64,000 bases of DNA from Paraspadella gotoi. Lineage: Eukaryota; Animalia; Chaetognatha. The DNA is taken from NCBI GenBank assembly GCA_051294375.1, contig CM119264.1:17186278-17250277 (forward strand), written 5' to 3'. A program made the position numbers and the translations under genes. Positions within the stretch are counted from its first letter, which is position 1. Each line of letters begins with the position of its first letter. Under the pieces are notes generated by a model. That model was not told where the DNA came from and did no database searches. It saw only the letters and a program-made list of their open reading frames with translations. Positions 1 through 11,811 of the stretch are shown one piece after another.

Positions 1-149
1 GTGATATTTACAGCCGACGTCGAACGAAACGGAATGTTTTAAAATTGGAAACTTCGTCCTTCCGGTCGATGGTATTTCCGTTTGTCGGCGTCTCAACGCC
101 GACGGCAATGGCGCGCATAGAAATGGCGGTGGCGTTGGCTCGTACTCTG

Positions 150-900
150 GCGTCTGGGGCGGAGGCTTTAAGCACTTCATCCTAAGCGACGGAATTGAAA
201 AGGAGAAAAAAAATGAGGATGCTTGTTTGTCTGGGGATGGCATTGAAACCCTGGATCGCGGTCGAGATTCGTCGTAGACCTTAAGAAAGTTGAATGGTTG
301 GAAACGGGGAGCGCGTGGGGTTTAAGAGTGGCGGGGGGTCGGGGGGGGGTGGAGGAAAGATCGGGCCGTAATGGAATCGAGCCAGAGCCGTGGAAAGATC
401 AGGGCGGAAACGAGGGAAGGGGAAGGAGAATCGATCCCAACGATAATGGAACCCGGACGACGACGAGGCGCCCATGGAATTTTGGAAGAGAGAAAGGCGA
501 AACAAAATGGCGGGCGGTGGAGTGAGGAGTGAGTGGGGGGGGAGCGGTTTAAAAGAGGCCTGGCTCGAGGAGACCGGATGAATAGGCATGAGGACATGGG
601 TTTCCTTGGGATAGAGGGAGTTGGGAGATTCGAGGTCAGAAATAGAGAGGTCGTTGGAGAAGGTCAGAAATGCGGATGGAGGAGGAAGTCTGGCGGAAGA
701 GAATTGTGATTGGGGACAGAGAAAATACAAACGAGGATGAGATGGTCGAGTGCGGAAGCGAGAAAACTGAAAGGATCGTTAACGATGACCAGAGTTGGGA
801 GCGACTGGCAGATGTCGATACTAACGGTTTACATTGATTTTGAAATAGTCGTTGATATAAATACAAAAAGAAATAGATTTTAAACAAACGAACTTTTAAC
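150..900 (-). pseudogene. Possible highly decayed LINE ORF2 remnant
   Basis: Minus-strand fragments (QLWSSLTIL..., PPPPPDPPP..., AIQGFNAIP...LLFNSVA*DEVLKA) loosely recall the linker and first RT motifs of LINE ORF2. Broken by stops and frameshifts; no diagnostic RT motif seen. Confidence 0.2.
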
Positions 901-1026
901 TGTTTTAACGAACTGAAAACTTGAACTGACAATTTTGAACTGGAACGAGAATTGGTTTAAGTTTCGGCGCCGGAACAGGAGAACCGGAAACGCGTTGGCG
1001 ACGGTCGACGCACGCGAGGAAGGAAG

Positions 1027-1085
<59 letters not shown>

Positions 1086-1934
1086 TTCTCTTCATTATTA
1101 GCGTCATTATCATCATTGTGTACGAGCGCGGGCTTTACGCGTTGTGGGCGGCGCCCAGTGGCGGCTCCGACGTCTACAGCGCCCACCAAGGAAAAACGAC
1201 GAAACCATTTAATTTTTTTTATAGAAAAACATAAACAAGAGACTGAACAAAACTAAACCTGTTGTCGTCGTTGAAGCACAACAAACATCGGTTAAGCTTT
1301 CTCCCTTTTTACAAAAAAAAAGTATAAACAAAATACAAAAGCATTAATTTTAACGACAACAATGTGTTTAATGACAGATTGTAAACCAACGTAGTCTGCC
1401 AACAATTTATAGATGATTCAAACTTGATCCAAACATGAAGATAAAATCATGTGAAAAGATATTTTAGTGATAGAACTTTTTAACAAAGGCCTCTGTTCAA
1501 CTTGTTCAACTTACAACTTTCAGTTGAACAGAGCCCTTAGTTAAAATCCCGTTTCCCCGTTTATTCAATAAAATCGGTTTTTTTTTCGGGATGTTTTTTT
1601 CCAAAATTGATTTTTTTTTATTTTTTCTTATATAAAATTCCAATAAATTTTTGAATTTTTGGGGGCTGACGCCTTCGGCAAAGAATATTTAAATTGTGGG
1701 AATAAAACCTTTTCTTTTTCATCTTACATATAGAATCTAAGAAAGATCTAGAAAATTTATAAAGTCTAGATCAGACATTGACAACTAAAGGTGACCCTGT
1801 CCCTCACCTGTGTAAGTGAACTTGTTCCACTCTGGATCGAAGCGGAGATAAAGCATCACCGACACCGCAGCCATCCCGATCAACTGAAATGAATGGAGAA
1901 AGGAAGAGTCATAGGAGAATTGTGAGCGAGCGGG

Positions 1935-1982
<48 letters not shown>

Positions 1983-1983
1983 A

Positions 1984-2074
<91 letters not shown>

Positions 2075-2849
2075 AAATCGAAAAATTGCCCCGACGGAGA
2101 GGATGGGGAGAAAATGGTTATGAAATGGGAGAGTATATACCGTATGGGGGGAAGTTGAATATGAGAAAAAAAAAGAACATTTCCTCATATCCGAAGAGAA
2201 TTCAGCAGACGGCGCAACATCATTTTCGATTATTCAAAGAGACAATGCGAGTTTCATGATTTTGGTTCATTAACGCTTTTTTTTATTTTTCTTTCTTTTT
2301 TTCTATTTTTCTTTCTATTTTTTCTAATTTCTTTTATTTTTTTAATTCTTTTCTTTCTTTCTTTCTTTCTTTTCTTTCTTTCTTTTCTTTTTCTTTTTTT
2401 CTTTCTTTCTTTTTCTTTCTTTTCTTTTCTTTCTTTCTTTCCACAATTTCTTTTATCAATAGGATGGCGTCCTGAAATTATTTGAAAAATGAAATATCGC
2501 TCAATCTGTGACGCTAAAACATTAACGTTGACATTGTATACCCATTGTTCTAACAGTGATATCAATATATCTCTGATTCTCTCTCTCTCGTCTCCTACTA
2601 CTCTCTCTTCTTGCTGTCTCTCTCGTCTGCTCTCTTGTCTCTTCCTCGTCTCTCTCTTCGCTCCCATCCCCGGGCAAGTCTCCGAAAATCCTTCGCTCCT
2701 CCGTCCCTATGCCCTATTTCGTCGTCCCTCACGGTTCAAGAAAGAAAAAGAAGGGAAGAAGGACAAGAGGGCGACAAGAAGAAAGAGCGAGAAAGGAAGG
2801 AGGCGGAACAAGAGAAGAAAAAGGGCAAGAGCGCAAGGTTAAGGAAGCG

Positions 2850-3980
2850 GGAAGAGCGAAAAAACTCCGGAGCGAAACGGGAAAGAAAAAAAAATTCCCC
2901 ATTTATAAAAGTGACGCAAGAAGGAGGAAGGGTTTGAGTGAGAGCGTGAGGAAAATGAAAAGGAGGAAAAGAAAAAAATTCCGAAGTTATAAAAGGTGAC
3001 CAGAGAAGGAAAGGCTTGAGGGAAGCGTAGGGAAATGAAAGGAGGAAGAAAAAAAAAAATTCCGATTTATAAAAGCTGACAGGGAAGGAAAGGGTTGAGT
3101 GAAAGCGTGGAGGAAGAATAAAAGGTAGGAAAGAAAAAAAATTCCCAAGTTTATAAAAAGTGACCGAACGAGAAGGAAAGGGTTGAGTGGAAGCGTGGAG
3201 GAAAACTGAAAAAAGGAGAAGAAAAAAAATTCCAAGTTAATAAAAGTGACCAGAGGAACGGAAAGGGTGAGGTGGGAAGCGTAGAGGAAAATGAAAGAAG
3301 GAAGAAAGAAAAAAAAAATTCCGTGTTTATTAAAAGTGACCAAAGAGAAGGAAAGAAGGGTTGAGTGGAAGCGGAGGAAATGAAAAGAAGGAAGAAGATA
3401 TAAAAAGTAATTCCAGTGTTATAAAAGTGGGCCGGAGGAAGAATGGTTGAGTGGGAGCGAGAGGAAAATGTAAAAGAGGCAAATGAAAAAAAAATTCCGA
3501 GTTTATAAAAGTGACCAGAGAAGGAAAGAGTTGAGTGGAAGCGTGAGGAAAATGGAAAAGGAGGAAAGAATAAAGAAAATTTTCTGTATTATAGAAAGGT
3601 GAAGCAGAGGAAGGAAAGGTTGAGTGAAGCGTAGGAGAGAAATGAAAAGGAGGAAAGACACAAAAAAATTCCGAGATTTATAAAAGTGACCACCGAGAAG
3701 GAAAGGGTGAGTGGAAGCGTGGAGAAAATGAAAAGGAGGAAAGAAAAAATTTCCAGTTATAAGAAGTGACGCAGAAAGGAAAAAGGGGGGGGGGGGTTTT
3801 GAAGGGTATGTTAGGGGGGGATAAAAGCGTGAGGAAAATGAAAACGAAGGAAAGAAAAAAAGATCCCCAGTTTATGAAGAAGTGATCAGTCATGAAGGAA
3901 AAGGGTTGAGTGGAAGCGTTGGGAAAATTAAAGGAGGAAAGAAAAAAAAATTCAGTTTTATAAAAAGTGACCAGAGGAAA
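2850..3980 (+). repeat. Purine-rich ~85-bp minisatellite, about 13 copies
   Basis: Recurring unit ATAAAAGTGACCAGAGAAGGAAAGGGTTGAGTGGAAGCGTGGAGGAAAATGAAAAGGAGGAAAGAAAAAAAATTCCGAGTTT; the anchor AAAGTGAC recurs roughly every 85 bp. Confidence 0.85.
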
Positions 3981-5573
3981 GAAAGGAGGTGAAGAAAGAT
4001 AAGAGAGAAATTACATGTGAAAAGAAATTTCCTCACACACGTAACCATTTATTTACTGTTGAGCGTTAGCAACGCTAATTCTGTTTTTTTATTATTGTTA
4101 AAGCAATTGTTATTGTTATATTTTTACTTTTTCTGTTTGCCATGGTTTTTATCGCGAAAAGATCTTCTGTATTTTTTCCAAAAAATAATCATTTCAGAGT
4201 CGCCACAGCGTGGAGGAAAGTGAAAAGAAATAATAAAAAATAATAAAAAGTATCGCTGGATTGTAAGCTAGAAACCGAAAGGTATTTTCCAAAGTGTTTT
4301 AATTCTCTGTTCATATTGAACCATTTTAAACGAACTAAATTTAAAAAATTTAAACGGCGTCGAATTTGGAAAATTATGAAACTTGGAAAAGCTTTTGGGC
4401 CAATTGTACGACTTCAAATTACACTTATATTATTTTTTATCTTTCACATAATTTAGTCCGAATTAATTTTTATAAACACAAGGTTCCAAGGAACAGTCGC
4501 ACTTCAAATCGACGAGTTTCATTCACGCCTCAACTGATTCTATTCCTGGACCGAAAGGCACGGGGAATTTTAAACGGGGTCAAAGCTGGTGCAACGGTCC
4601 AAAGTTTTTATGAGGGCAAAGTTTCCGAAAAGGTCAAGAGTGTGAGGCATCTCTTGTCTCGCCATAGTTTTGTTTTGACGCCAGGGAAAGTTTTTCTCTT
4701 CGGGAGAGGGGGAGAAGAAAGGGGGCGAAGAAGACAATTTAGGTGGCTTTTTCAGAGTGGAACATTGACGATTGTGCATGAAATATTTCAGAGAGATGAA
4801 GGATGGGAGAAGAAGAGAGAAACGATCAAAAACATTAAGAAAAAGAAAGAAAAAAAGAAAGAAAAAAAAGAATAGAAAAAAAAAAAAGAAAGAAAGAAAG
4901 AAAGGATAGAAGAAAAAGAAAGAAAGAAGAAGAAGGAAAGAAAGAAAAGAAAAAATAAGGAAAGAGAAGAAGAAAGAAAGAGAAAGAGAAGAAGAAAGAA
5001 AGAGTAAAAAGAAGTGAAAGAAAAGTGAGAGAGGTAAAAAAGAGCAGGATAAGGCATGGAAAAAAGTTTTGAATAAATATAAAGCATCTATGATAAACAT
5101 AAAATCTTTGGCCCGCCGGTCGATTTCTTTAAGGGTTCAGGATCTCTGGGGGATTTTTGCTTTTTAAAGGGCAACGACGGAGCGAGACAGTGGAGGACGG
5201 TAGGATAGAAAAGAAAAGCAGGAGGAGAAAGAGAAAAGTGAAAAAAGTAAAAAGAAAAAAACAGATTTTTAAAAAAGGTCAGGGCTGGATCGAACGAGCT
5301 ATCTCTTTCTTCGTCTTCTCTCTCTCCTCTTTCTCTCTCTCTCTCTCTCCTTCTCTCTCTCTCTCTCTTCTCTCTTCTCTCTTCTCTCTTCTTTACTCGT
5401 GCCACCTGGACCGCTCTTTCTCTTTGCTTAACCAAGGACTTTTTTAGCCAGATCTGCTTACAGTAAATCTGCATGGTGCTAATAATTCACTTTGGTCGGT
5501 CGTCGGTCACCCCCACAATCTTGTCGATTAGTCACCTGCATTATCTCTGCATTATCCGTCTGTCCATCCGTCA

Positions 5574-6052
5574 AGTTTCGATTGAATCGTCCAAGTGGAA
5601 ATGAGTTAAAATGGAAAAAATAAAAAATCTATTAAACTATTTGAACGCCAATTACTCATATGAGTGGATGGGGCGATGGACTTGATATTTTGTATATGGG
5701 TAGGAAAGTGTGAGATTGAGCAGGACATCAAGTTTCGATGGAATCGTCCAAGTGAAAAAAAGGGAAAAAAATATATTTCACTATTTGATTATTCTTTTTC
5801 CTTTTTACATTAAATGTAAATTCAAGCTGCATTATTGATAAATTACTAATAAATTAATTATTAATTTTTTTGTAATTAATGAATTTATTTATTAATTTTG
5901 TGATCGAGATTGTTCTTTTGTGATTGAGAGGCCAGATAAAGTGGAAAACGATTTTGACGCGAATCAAATAAATTAATATCAATTATTTAATTTATTAATT
6001 AATTAATTATCTGATCAACTTCTTACCGCTAAAGATCGCGGGCAGATCCGGC
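5574..6052 (+). repeat. Dispersed AT-rich repeat, inverted relative to 27909-28290
   Basis: Blocks AGTTTCGATGGAATCGT, ATTACTCATATGAG, TAAATGTAAATTCAAGCT and TTACCGCTAAAGATCGCGGGCAGATCCG recur in reverse complement at 27.9-28.3 kb; CACGATTCCATCGAAACT occurs again near 28663 and 28854. Confidence 0.7.
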
Positions 6053-6340
6053 ATAGTTTGTTCAAACTTGTTTTTTAATGTTTGGTCGTTGGTTAATGGT
6101 TAATGGTTATGTATCACCGCACCACATGTTCAGGTTCACCCTTTTCCTTCCCATCCCCTTATTTTACACCTGACAGATTTTGTTTCTCCTCTCTCCTTTT
6201 ATTCCCTTTTTCCTCCACCCTTTTTCTCCTTTTTCCTTCCTCTTCCTTAAAAAGGATGTCCGAGTAAAAGTTCATTCGAGGTCAAAAGGAGAACATGAGA
6301 CGACGACCGATCCGACGATGACGACGACTTACCATGGTCT

Positions 6341-6570
6341 GTGACGACGATGACAATCAAAGCGACGACGATGACAATCAAAGCGACGACGATGACAATC
6401 AAAGTGACGACGATGACAATCAAAGTGACGACGATGACAACCAAAGTGACGACGATGACAGTTAAAGTGACAACGATGACAATGAAAGTGACGACGATGA
6501 CAATCAAAGCGACGACGATGACAGTCAAAGCGACGACGATGACAATCAAAGTGACGACGATGACAGTGAA
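6341..6570 (+). repeat. 21-bp tandem repeat (GTGACGACGATGACAATCAAA), about 11 copies
   Basis: Period of 21 is directly visible. Confidence 0.9.
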
Positions 6571-6749
6571 GACGTCGTTGAGGAAGTCATAAAGGATTTA
6601 TTAGAAGTTCTTTAATGTACTATAATTTTCATGAGGATATTAGAATATATTAGTTTATATAACTTCGTAAAATTCATCTAAAATTATCCTGTATCATTGC
6701 CGATAAAAAAAAGTTAAATTCCGTCTCTTTTACTGAACATTTCTTTATT

Positions 6750-6825
<76 letters not shown>

Positions 6826-7988
6826 GCAGTCTTTTATTCTCCCTTACTCCTGTCGCAAAACCCAAGGGAAAAAAGATTTCACGTTAAGTTTCTAGGAACG
6901 AGGGGATTTGGCGAATAAAAAAGCCAACGACGGAGGCAGTAATATCAATGAAGAGCAGGAGAAAGAAACAGCGACGACGAAGTCGAAGGAAGGGAAAAAG
7001 AGAAATAGAAAACTACGATGACGATCGAGGCCTCGAAGACGACGATAAAGACGACGATAAAGACGACGATAAAGACGACGATAACGAGGCCGGAAACAAC
7101 GGCAGCCTCGTATTTCACGATGTTTGCCCTGGAAGGCGATAAACGGCATCGGAACGATTGTTGGCGGGAAGAATTGGGCAAGAGAGAGAAGCGGAAAGCG
7201 AGAAGCGGACGAGAGAAAGTGAGGAGCGGAATAAAAAGTAGATTTTTTCGAGGAGAGAAGCGAACGGCAAAATATGAGGAGCGGAAGAAAAAAGTGGAAG
7301 AGGACAGAAATAAGTTTCCGGAAATATTTAGAATCAGGAGGAAAGGTAAAAGCTGAAGGTGAAAAATGGAAAGGGTGAAAGCTTAAAATAGAAGGGATAA
7401 AAATAAACGGGTTCAAATGATGCGAGCGAACGAAAAATGAATAAAATTTTTAAAAAAGGGTATAAAAAGATATAGGAAAAAGAACATAGTACTTATATGT
7501 GATTCTTGTTCGATGATCTTCCTTTAGCTAGTATTACGTATTACGTATTACGTAATCTCATCTCGTTCTTTCTCCTTCTTCCTTCATCTCATCTCCTTTC
7601 TCCTTCTTCTTCCTTCATCTCATCCTCTCTCCCCTTTCGATCTCATCTCGTCCGTCTCATCAGAAATCCATACATTCGGATCGAGTTTGCGAATAAATTG
7701 ATAAATAGGCTGACGTGAGGCGACGTCATGCGAGGGACTCGTGACGACCGCAGCTGATCTCCAGGATCAGGCCGATGACCCGCGCGCCTCAAAAGGGTTG
7801 ACGTTCACTGACGTGGCTCTTCCAAAATTGGGCTTTTCTCGCCCCGCTTTCTTCTCACGCATCTTCATCGAGTTCATTCTACTCTCATCTTTTTGCCGTT
7901 CTTATCCTTTTTTTTTTTTCTCACGCAAATTTAAATCATTGTTGAACAATTGGGTTAGTGTCGTTGCTTGCGGGTAAAAAACACGTAT

Positions 7989-8245
7989 TGTGGCAAATCC
8001 TAAATTCCCCTCCCGTATAGCTTGGTGAATCACAGCTCGTCCCATTGGCTTGGACAGCTAAGTACTCGTTCACCAACCGCGATTCCGGGTTCAATCCCCA
8101 CACGGTCACGCAGGTTAAAGTGCGACGATGTCGACGTAAACGCGCCAGTGACATGGGGTGGTCACTGCAGGTCAAAATCCCTGAGCGCCAGCTGTTGAGA
8201 GATGCCTCACACCCCAGGCATCATATATGTCCCCCCGTTGCCATA
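7989..8245 (+). mobile_element. Solo LTR of a divergent subfamily of the twister-bearing LTR element
   Basis: 257 bp bounded by TGTGGCAA...TTGCCATA (same termini and length as the 57-kb LTRs); flanks GTAT/TTAT (3/4 TSD match); shares CCATTGGCT, CGCGCCAGTGAC-loop-GTCACTG and GAGATGCC-loop-GGCATCA in the same order. Confidence 0.8.
8111..8194 (+). ncRNA. Degenerate type-P5 twister ribozyme homologue
   Basis: AAA-GUG(P2')-CGA-CGA-U-GUCGAC-G-UAA-A-CGC(P2)-GC-CAGUGAC..GUCACUG(P3)-C-AGG-UCAAAAUC-CCU(P4) is colinear with the intact copies, but L4 has lost the T1/T2 pairing (AAGC to AAUC), so it is probably inactive. Confidence 0.6.
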
Positions 8246-10689
8246 TTATCTTTTATCTTTGGAAAATATAAAACTCTTCGATATCCTTCGACACTTATTC
8301 CATTCTTCAAGATCATCGCGACACGACGAACTTAATACCTAAACACACAAACCGTTTCATCGTCTCAGTTTGCTCGCTACCCGAGGGGGTCATGTTTGGT
8401 TCCCATTTTGACTTCGAGATGAAATTGAATTAAAGGCGTCAAAACATTTTTGGTCCCGCCCGAATTCACCCCTTGTATACATCCTTCTGCCACACGTTGA
8501 CTCCTCAACCTACCTTCTCTCTCGTTCCGACCCCGTCTCTCCAGCCCCCCCCCCAAACTTCTCCGCCAACGGCCTTCATACCCCGGAGGCAATGGCCGTC
8601 CAAGTGACCATATTTGCTTTCTAATAACGCGAATTTTCTGATGGAATACGAGAGAAGATCATCATTTACGGAGGAGGAGGAAAAAAGAAGTTTTCCGATT
8701 GGAAAGGAAACGCAGGACGAAGAAAAAAAAAAAACGGATGAAAAAAGGTTCCCTTTTCAAAAAAAAGAACTCGGAAACGGAGAACGAGCCTGAAAGAGAA
8801 AAAAAAATCGAGGGGCGCGAGTTCGAATGCGGTGCACAACGGGTTGAGTCTGACTCTAAGGCAGGGGTAGGGAGAGACTCAGGCAGGGAGAACGCTCTTG
8901 GCATCGTGCAGCGAGAAAAATAAATGAAAGATCAAAGGATTAAATTGGTAACAAGGCTTTTAGGTTTGGCGTCGATTGGTAAAAGAAGAAAGTATATATT
9001 TTGCGGTGGATTAATAACAAATCGATAAAAACATTTTATTTAAGGAGTTCACTGAAAGAGTCGACGGTAAAAGCGATTTGTCCGGACCAAAGCTTCGCTC
9101 GTTGAAGTGACTATTCGAAACTCGATCGGTTGCGTCGTTTTCGTGGGCTCAAAGCTCGCGCGGAAATGGCGTCTCCCCCGGACGGTGTCTTTGAAAACAC
9201 ATCAAAACACTCGACGGGTGGGCGCCGCAGCCGCCGCTGGCGCCGTCAGGACACCCATGGATCGGAATAATCTAATGCAGTGGAAAAGGATTTTCTCGAT
9301 TGGTACAGTTAAAGCTGTGAATGATGTGAATGTGGTGAATGGAGATAATGCAGTGAATGTGATGAATGTTGTGATATAGATATATAGTATTGTATAGAGT
9401 GGAGCTCATATTTTTTGGGGAACAGTATCGTAAAATACAATATATTTATTACTATATCCTTATAAAATATTAAATTTTAAAAAAATATTTGGGAATTTTC
9501 ATGTGAAACGTTTTATAAATTTTTCGAAAGCTTTAACAAAAAGTTTCTTATTTTTTTTCCGGTGCAAAAAAGAAAAAAATATTATTTAGAAATTTTATTA
9601 TTTTATAAGGATATTCCTATAAAGAAAATTCAATTTAAGATACTGTAATGAGAACTTTTTTATTATTATTTTTAATTACATACACAAAGGCCTCATAAAA
9701 CATTGATGAATCGATCAATCTTTTTATCGCTCCACCCTATAACCTATACAATGTATACATTATTCAATGCAAGTAATCCCAAGAAGAACTTTGAACATTG
9801 CGCAAATGTGACATTCTAGATTTAGGAAGCGATGATTCTACCNNNNNNNNNNCCAGACGGTCCTGGAAATTTCCCCAAGAATAATTTTTGGTGGCAGAGT
9901 CGTAAAACTTGGTCGAGTTTCGTTCTTTTGTCGTTAAAAGCGAATTCTCGGTAATACGAGGGAAAAATTGTTCGCAGGAGTCGGAAGGGAAAGACTGAAT
10001 CAGAATCAGAACCTGGAAAACTTTAGGCGTTTCAACCAGATTCTCAACGAACAATCAGGGACATTGACACGGATTTGACTCAGTTAAAGCGCATATCCGT
10101 GCGAATTCATTTTTTTCATGCACACATTCAGGAACTCTCTCTCTCTTTATCTTTCACACCGACTATATTTTTCATTGCTGATGGGCAAACATCATATTTT
10201 GTGCCTAATAAATCAAGATAAACATCAAACATCCGCCTCTCTCTCTCTCTCCCTCTCGTAAGAATTTTTATCTGCGTTATATTATTACCAAGTGAATAAT
10301 TATTTTCTCTTTTGCTTATTCTTTTTCTCTCTCTCCCTTTTTTTTAAAAAGATTCTCGACGCTTCCTCCTGGCCGTTTCCTCCTTCCCCTTTCTTCTTCC
10401 TCTTCATTTATTCCTCCTCCTTTCCTCCCCCACTCCGCCCCCCTCTTTTCCTTCTTTCGACCTCGTTATCTCTTTTCGCTAAATTAATATCGACGGTTGC
10501 GAAGGAGGAAGCGGAGAAAGCGAAATGAGGACGAAGAAGACGCAGACATAAAATCCAATTTTTATCTCTTCGATTTTTTTTTCTTAAAAAAATCCTATGA
10601 GCAGAACGAGGTTCATGTTCGTACTTCGTTTTAAAAAAGCCGTAATCATTATCAACGTCTTATTTTCTTTAATTTTATTGATCGACGTG

Positions 10690-10740
<51 letters not shown>

Positions 10741-10798
10741 GTCGTCGTCGTCGTCGTCGTCGTCATCGTCATCATCATCATCATCATCATCATCATCA
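10690..10798. repeat. Compound (ATC)n/(GTC)n microsatellite
   Basis: Directly visible. Confidence 0.95.
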
Positions 10799-11493
10799 GC
10801 AACATCCTGACTTTAAATTCGGTTATCCCCATCTCATTAGCTTCACTCGAAGAATTTTTCAAACTTTCCGGCCTCGCCCGAATCACCAGCGCTCATTTAG
10901 TATTTTCGCTTAGCTTATCACTTACAGTAAGATTTTTTTTTCATATGTAAAAGTTCGTGATGACGTTTTTCAAAATAATGACGACAATTTTAAAATGATT
11001 TTGGCGAAATTTACTAAGTATTTTTGGTCATTTTTATAGCAAATTTGTCATCCAATATACATTATTTTCTTAACGAGAGCTGACGAGAGCTGACGAGAGC
11101 TTTCCCAACCGATATAGAATTATTACCTGTATGTGTTGTTTCCAATAACTAAAATTAGTTTCATTCAAAACTTCCTTAGACATTTGTCTTTATCTAAAAT
11201 GATAAATTGTAATAGTAAAAAGTATCCGTTGAGGAAATAATTGACATGATATAAATCATCTCGGGTAAGTGCGAAATAAAAAAGGCTTGCTCGAAGCGCG
11301 AAGATTTAATGCTATGAATACGATCGATCGCCTTTGAAGATGAAGACGAAAAAAGAAAAAAGAAATAAACAGTTATGTGAGAAAGAAGAAAAACGGGGCA
11401 GGGGAACATTATAGGCAGAGAACAAAGAAAGAAGATAAGGAGAACGAGATAAAGAAAAGAAGAGGGCCTTTTGTGGTACCGTGCTGAAAAGAA

Positions 11494-11565
<72 letters not shown>

Positions 11566-11720
11566 GACAAACAAAATAGTTTCATATATCGACGTTTAGG
11601 TCTTTCGAGCGAAAATAAAAATTGCTTTGCAAACAAAAACATTACGAGATTAAATTTTTTTAAAGTTGAATAAAAAAAAATGGAAATATGAATTGAAGAG
11701 CGAGTGGGAGGGGGAGAGAG

Positions 11721-11811
<91 letters not shown>

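Noticed and set aside
8046-8110. Bona fide tRNA gene (also 15660-15728)
   Set aside because: A/B-box-like motifs are present, but no acceptor and anticodon stems could be formed.
11073-11105. Tandem CTGACGAG words resembling hammerhead cores
   Set aside because: A 10-bp local duplication with no GAAA or flanking helices.
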